Shown here: in pieces, positions 29,043 through 32,000 of the stretch
How positions within the stretch are numbered: the stretch's first letter is position 1
Layout: each line of letters opens with the position of its first letter
From: Candidatus Kuenenia stuttgartensis
Lineage (GTDB): Bacteria > Planctomycetota > Brocadiia > Brocadiales > Brocadiaceae
Direction: 5' to 3'
NCBI RefSeq assembly: GCF_900232105.1
Contig: NZ_LT934425.1
Coordinates: forward strand, 3,870,001 to 3,902,000
Length of the DNA: 32,000 nucleotides
Translations under genes and position numbers: made by a program
The notes under the pieces: model-generated
What the model was told of the DNA's origin: nothing
The model's input: the letters and a program-made list of their open reading frames with translations, nothing else
Database searches by the model: none

Positions 29043-30380
29043 TTAACAAGCGATATTATAAGTTAAGCCGGAAGTGGTTTTTGTTAAAAGAGCTTTTTTG
29101 GCGTATGCCAGAAGGTTTTCCACGGGGTTGTCTCCTTGCAATTCTGCAGAGCGAAGCAACGTCATAAGGATAGCCTGGGTATTGGCGCCCTGAACAGAAC
29201 GATTCTGTTGTGATACCTTTCGGGTCAATACTGGCTTTCGCATCTGTTGCTCGGCATGATTATTATAGGGACTCACACCTTCATGTTCCAGGAACGTAAA
29301 GAGTTCCTGTTTATGGCGCTTCAGGCGTTTGGTCAATCTTTGTACGTCTTTATCCTGACAAGGCGTTGCCAAAAACTGTTCAAGCCTGCGATACAATCTT
29401 TTTTTTAGCCGAAGAAAGCATACCAGGCTTATCTGGTTCTTTTTCTCTGATAACCGGATGGCATCCTTGAGCAACCGGGAGAGTTTTTTCCGGAAAGCTT
29501 TCCATGCGGCAGAATGGTTGTGGGCATCTACTTTCACGAGTTCCGTGAACAGATGATAGAAACACCGCTGCTTTGCCAGTGCGCTTATCTTGTTGTAAGC
29601 GCCCAGAAAGTCACAGATCAGGATACCACCAAATAGAATGCCCAAGAGTTTTTTTATGACAGGAGACCCCCGACTTGGTGTTATGAGATAGTAGCAGAGT
29701 TTTTGTGTTGTAAAACACCATAGCCAATGGGTTTTTCCATTCAACCTCCATCCGGTTTCATCTGCATGTAAGACAGCGCTTGCGGAGACTTTTTGGCCAA
29801 TCTCGTTATACTGTGGCTCCAGGAGTGTTGCAAGGGATTTCCATGCCTGGGTTAGACCGCCGGCGCTTATTTGAAGGTTGAAAAATACGGAAAGCATCTT
29901 TACGATGTTGTTTACACTGATACCGATTAAGTAGTGAAGCCATGCGGTAAAGACAACAAGGCGCAATCCTAGTCGGGCGCCATGCAACGCATCTGTGACC
30001 TTGGGTTGAACTATCTTTTTGCAACAAGCACACCAGTAACCATGAACTGTATGTTCCGTCACAACAGGGTCAAGGCGTGGAATATCTTCGATGTATCGCT
30101 TATAAGTTCTTACCGGTTTTTGTAATGGCTGGTGGCAATCAGGGCAACTCTCCATGGAATGCGTTTGATAGGCAGTTACTGTTTCAGGTCGTTTCCGGCA
30201 AACTCCCTTATGTCCCTTTTTCCTGCCACAAGGCCGTTTTCTCTTTTTCTTTGTGGGCTTTAGATAGGGCGGTATCGAACCGGAAGGGGTAGTCGGACCC
30301 GGTTTATCGCAAAGCCGGTCATATTTTTCTGCTTTCTCCGCCAGTATCAGGATGGCTTGAATCGCATCCTCTCTGTCCAT
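29043..30380 (-). CDS. IS66-family DDE transposase (open frame extends to 30581; start MDREDAIQ at 30380 or GTG at 30413 likely)
   Basis: Zinc-finger CPDCHQPL...CACC, HADETGWRLNGKTHWLWCF, LICDFLGAYNK, NNHAEQQMRKPVLTRKVSQQNRSVQGA; stop codon inside the TIR. Confidence 0.93.
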   Translation of the reverse strand: MDREDAIQAILILAEKAEKYDRLCDKPGPTTPSGSIPPYLKPTKKKRKRPCGRKKGHKGVCRKRPETVTAYQTHSMESCPDCHQPLQKPVRTYKRYIEDIPRLDPVVTEHTVHGYWCACCKKIVQPKVTDALHGARLGLRLVVFTAWLHYLIGISVNNIVKMLSVFFNLQISAGGLTQAWKSLATLLEPQYNEIGQKVSASAVLHADETGWRLNGKTHWLWCFTTQKLCYYLITPSRGSPVIKKLLGILFGGILICDFLGAYNKISALAKQRCFYHLFTELVKVDAHNHSAAWKAFRKKLSRLLKDAIRLSEKKNQISLVCFLRLKKRLYRRLEQFLATPCQDKDVQRLTKRLKRHKQELFTFLEHEGVSPYNNHAEQQMRKPVLTRKVSQQNRSVQGANTQAILMTLLRSAELQGDNPVENLLAYAKKALLTKTTSGLTYNIAC

Positions 30381-30399
30381 CTCCAAAATAGCTATGGCT

Positions 30400-31281
30400 T
30401 CATCCCTGGTCACAGTCAAGAAACCTCCGAAAGTTTTTTTGAAGAGGGTAGAGGTAGAGATCCTTAGGTTGGCCATGATACAGATAGCGATTGCCCCGTT
30501 TTGCGCTCCCTTTGGTTTTGCCAGCACGAATCCAATTGGCCGCCTGATAGCAGGTACCCTTAAACCGCGCGGTATCAACAAAGGTTTCGGCTAAATAAAC
30601 GGGATGGCCGTAAACGGTATTCCAGTCATCTGACAGACGTCTGAGGGCAAGTGACAATACCTTGGATGCAAGGTGTTTGATCTTAACCCATGGTAGAATG
30701 AGAAATCGTACGTTATTTGCAATCAAATGTAAGTGTGTACGTTTAGTCGTCTCATCCCATTCAATGAAACGATCACGGTCTTTGACTTTCCATGCGGCGC
30801 TTGCCCACCCCAGGCAGGCAACAACCTGATTGCCTATACGTACGATGTGTCTGAGGTGTTCGCCAACAAGCCGGGGATTGCCGAGGTAGTGATAGTGTTG
30901 GAAGAGATACTCCCAGAGATATCTTTCCTGAGGGTCTTTTACCACATGGATTGTCAGGTTTTCATACTCTGTGATTTTACCTTCTAGTGGTCTCCTGACG
31001 AAAAGGGGTGTCTGGACAAAGACCTTGGGTTTCAGATTGTTTTTGGCCCGTATACGTGGAGGAAGCGTTATCAATCCCTGTTCTTCTAATCTCAAAAGGA
31101 GGTCTCGTGCTGCGTATTCTTTATGTTTGCCATTGGGCTGCACCCAGTTCCAATGCTTGCATAGTTCGCAGGAAATATAAGTCCGACCTCTGAGAAAATG
31201 CTGCTCGATGAGCGCCTTTATAAAGGCGATATCGTCCGCATGCAGTTTTCGTGAACGGTATTGGAATATGATAGGCTTCAT
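30400..31281 (-). CDS. DUF4338 (DruA-like) domain protein encoded within the IS
   Basis: 293 aa; RYLWEYLFQHYHYLG, RIGNQVVACLGWASAAWKVKDRDRFIEW, NNVRFLILPWVKIKHLASKVLSLALRRLSDDW, YLAETFVDTARFKGTCYQAANWIRAGKTKG. Confidence 0.82.
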   Translation of the reverse strand: MKPIIFQYRSRKLHADDIAFIKALIEQHFLRGRTYISCELCKHWNWVQPNGKHKEYAARDLLLRLEEQGLITLPPRIRAKNNLKPKVFVQTPLFVRRPLEGKITEYENLTIHVVKDPQERYLWEYLFQHYHYLGNPRLVGEHLRHIVRIGNQVVACLGWASAAWKVKDRDRFIEWDETTKRTHLHLIANNVRFLILPWVKIKHLASKVLSLALRRLSDDWNTVYGHPVYLAETFVDTARFKGTCYQAANWIRAGKTKGSAKRGNRYLYHGQPKDLYLYPLQKNFRRFLDCDQG

Positions 31282-31583
31282 AAACTGTTTCCCTTTATTG
31301 AAGCCTTTTATACCACAAAGGAAAAACAGACGCCAGCTTTTTTTACCTTTTTTCGCTATTAATTTTTCAAAGAACTAAAGTGTTACAAAATATTACTATT
31401 GATCGAGAAAACTACCATACTTTTGCAAGGTGATTACGTACCGCGCCCGCTCTTCTTCTGTTTTCTATTTCTTTTTTACTGTTAAACTACTATTCCATGC
31501 ACAGTTTTAATCTTAGGATTCGTTCCTACGTTGCAAAAAAATCCTTTAACCAGTCATTATATCCGAGTATTCGATATACAATC

Positions 31584-32000
31584 TTACGCTCTGTCTTCAC
31601 TATTTGGCAGGGAATCATTATCAGGGTATTGAGAAACCGCCGAAATTCCATCTTTAACACCTGCCATCCCCTTTCTAAATTTGGCATCAATAATCCAAAC
31701 CATGCCTTGAAATTCCAGGCCTCGGTACGTTTCCCGGACGATTCTCAATATACAACACTTCCTTCGTGTTTGCCAATGACACAATAAATGGCGTATATCC
31801 CCATATCCCCTTGTGCGATATATTCATCCCCTCTTTACATTCTCCGTATGTCCCCACTATCGTTCCATCCACATCTATCAACGCTTCTTCCAATGCCTCT
31901 TTCCACCCTTCCTACCACACACGCTCTCATACCCTGTTGATAATCTCCATCAGCTCTCAATATCATTACGGTCAAACCGCCTTGTAAAATCTCTCGCCGT
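31584..32000 (-). pseudogene. Decayed IS1380-like transposase, continuing beyond the window
   Basis: Fragment [54 protein letters not shown] plus out-of-frame pieces on both sides (e.g. TRRFDRNDIE upstream, [13 protein letters not shown] downstream). Confidence 0.65.

Larger units (their letters stand above)
29019..31386 (-). mobile_element. IS66-family insertion sequence (2368 bp) carrying an accessory DUF4338 gene
   Basis: 28-bp perfect TIRs GTAACACTTTAGTTCTTTGAAAAATTAA (29019-29046) / its reverse complement (31359-31386); 8-bp direct repeats AAAATATT at 29011-29018 and 31387-31394. Confidence 0.93.

Noticed and set aside
30400-31281. Druantia-like anti-phage defence system, because of the DruA/DUF4338 domain
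   Set aside because: The gene lies inside TIR/TSD-bounded IS66 and no helicase DruE or other Druantia genes are present; an IS accessory role is more likely.
31497-31787. 96-aa plus-strand ORF
   Set aside because: Antisense to the IS1380-like transposase remnant.

Overview
The window is an anammox-type (planctomycete, Brocadiales) chromosome segment. In order it carries: a pgeF/YfiH-like fragment and mtnP; a translation block (thrS-infC-rpmI-rplT-pheS-pheT); a small accessory patch with DUF4160/DUF2442 and HicA/HicB modules whose ORFs end in attC-like sites, followed by a structured 150-bp inverted-repeat element; a B12-binding-type radical SAM gene, hpt and a TPR lipoprotein; dnaA; an M24 aminopeptidase; accB-accC; and then the hydrazine synthase locus. 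That locus contains a CKCH-containing multihaem cytochrome resembling KsTH/kuste2854, a heptahaem cytochrome with one CX3CH motif, a membrane cytochrome b, a sigma54-dependent NtrC-type regulator, a small Cys-rich exported protein, and hzsC-hzsB-hzsA. Downstream of the hzsA terminator is an intact IS66-type element (28-bp TIRs, 8-bp TSD AAAATATT) carrying an extra DUF4338/DruA-like gene, then a decayed IS1380-like transposase. The main biological system (hydrazine synthesis) is already described. The less ordinary observations are the sigma54-like promoter linking the regulator to the Cys-rich gene/hzs genes, the unexplained Cys-rich protein, the CX3CH motif, a non-canonical AUU start for infC, the DUF4338-bearing IS66 element plus a solo end of it between infC and rpmI, the attC-like cassette boundaries, and the 20-bp inverted-repeat element. 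All assignments are from reading the sequence and from recall of the families; no searches were run.
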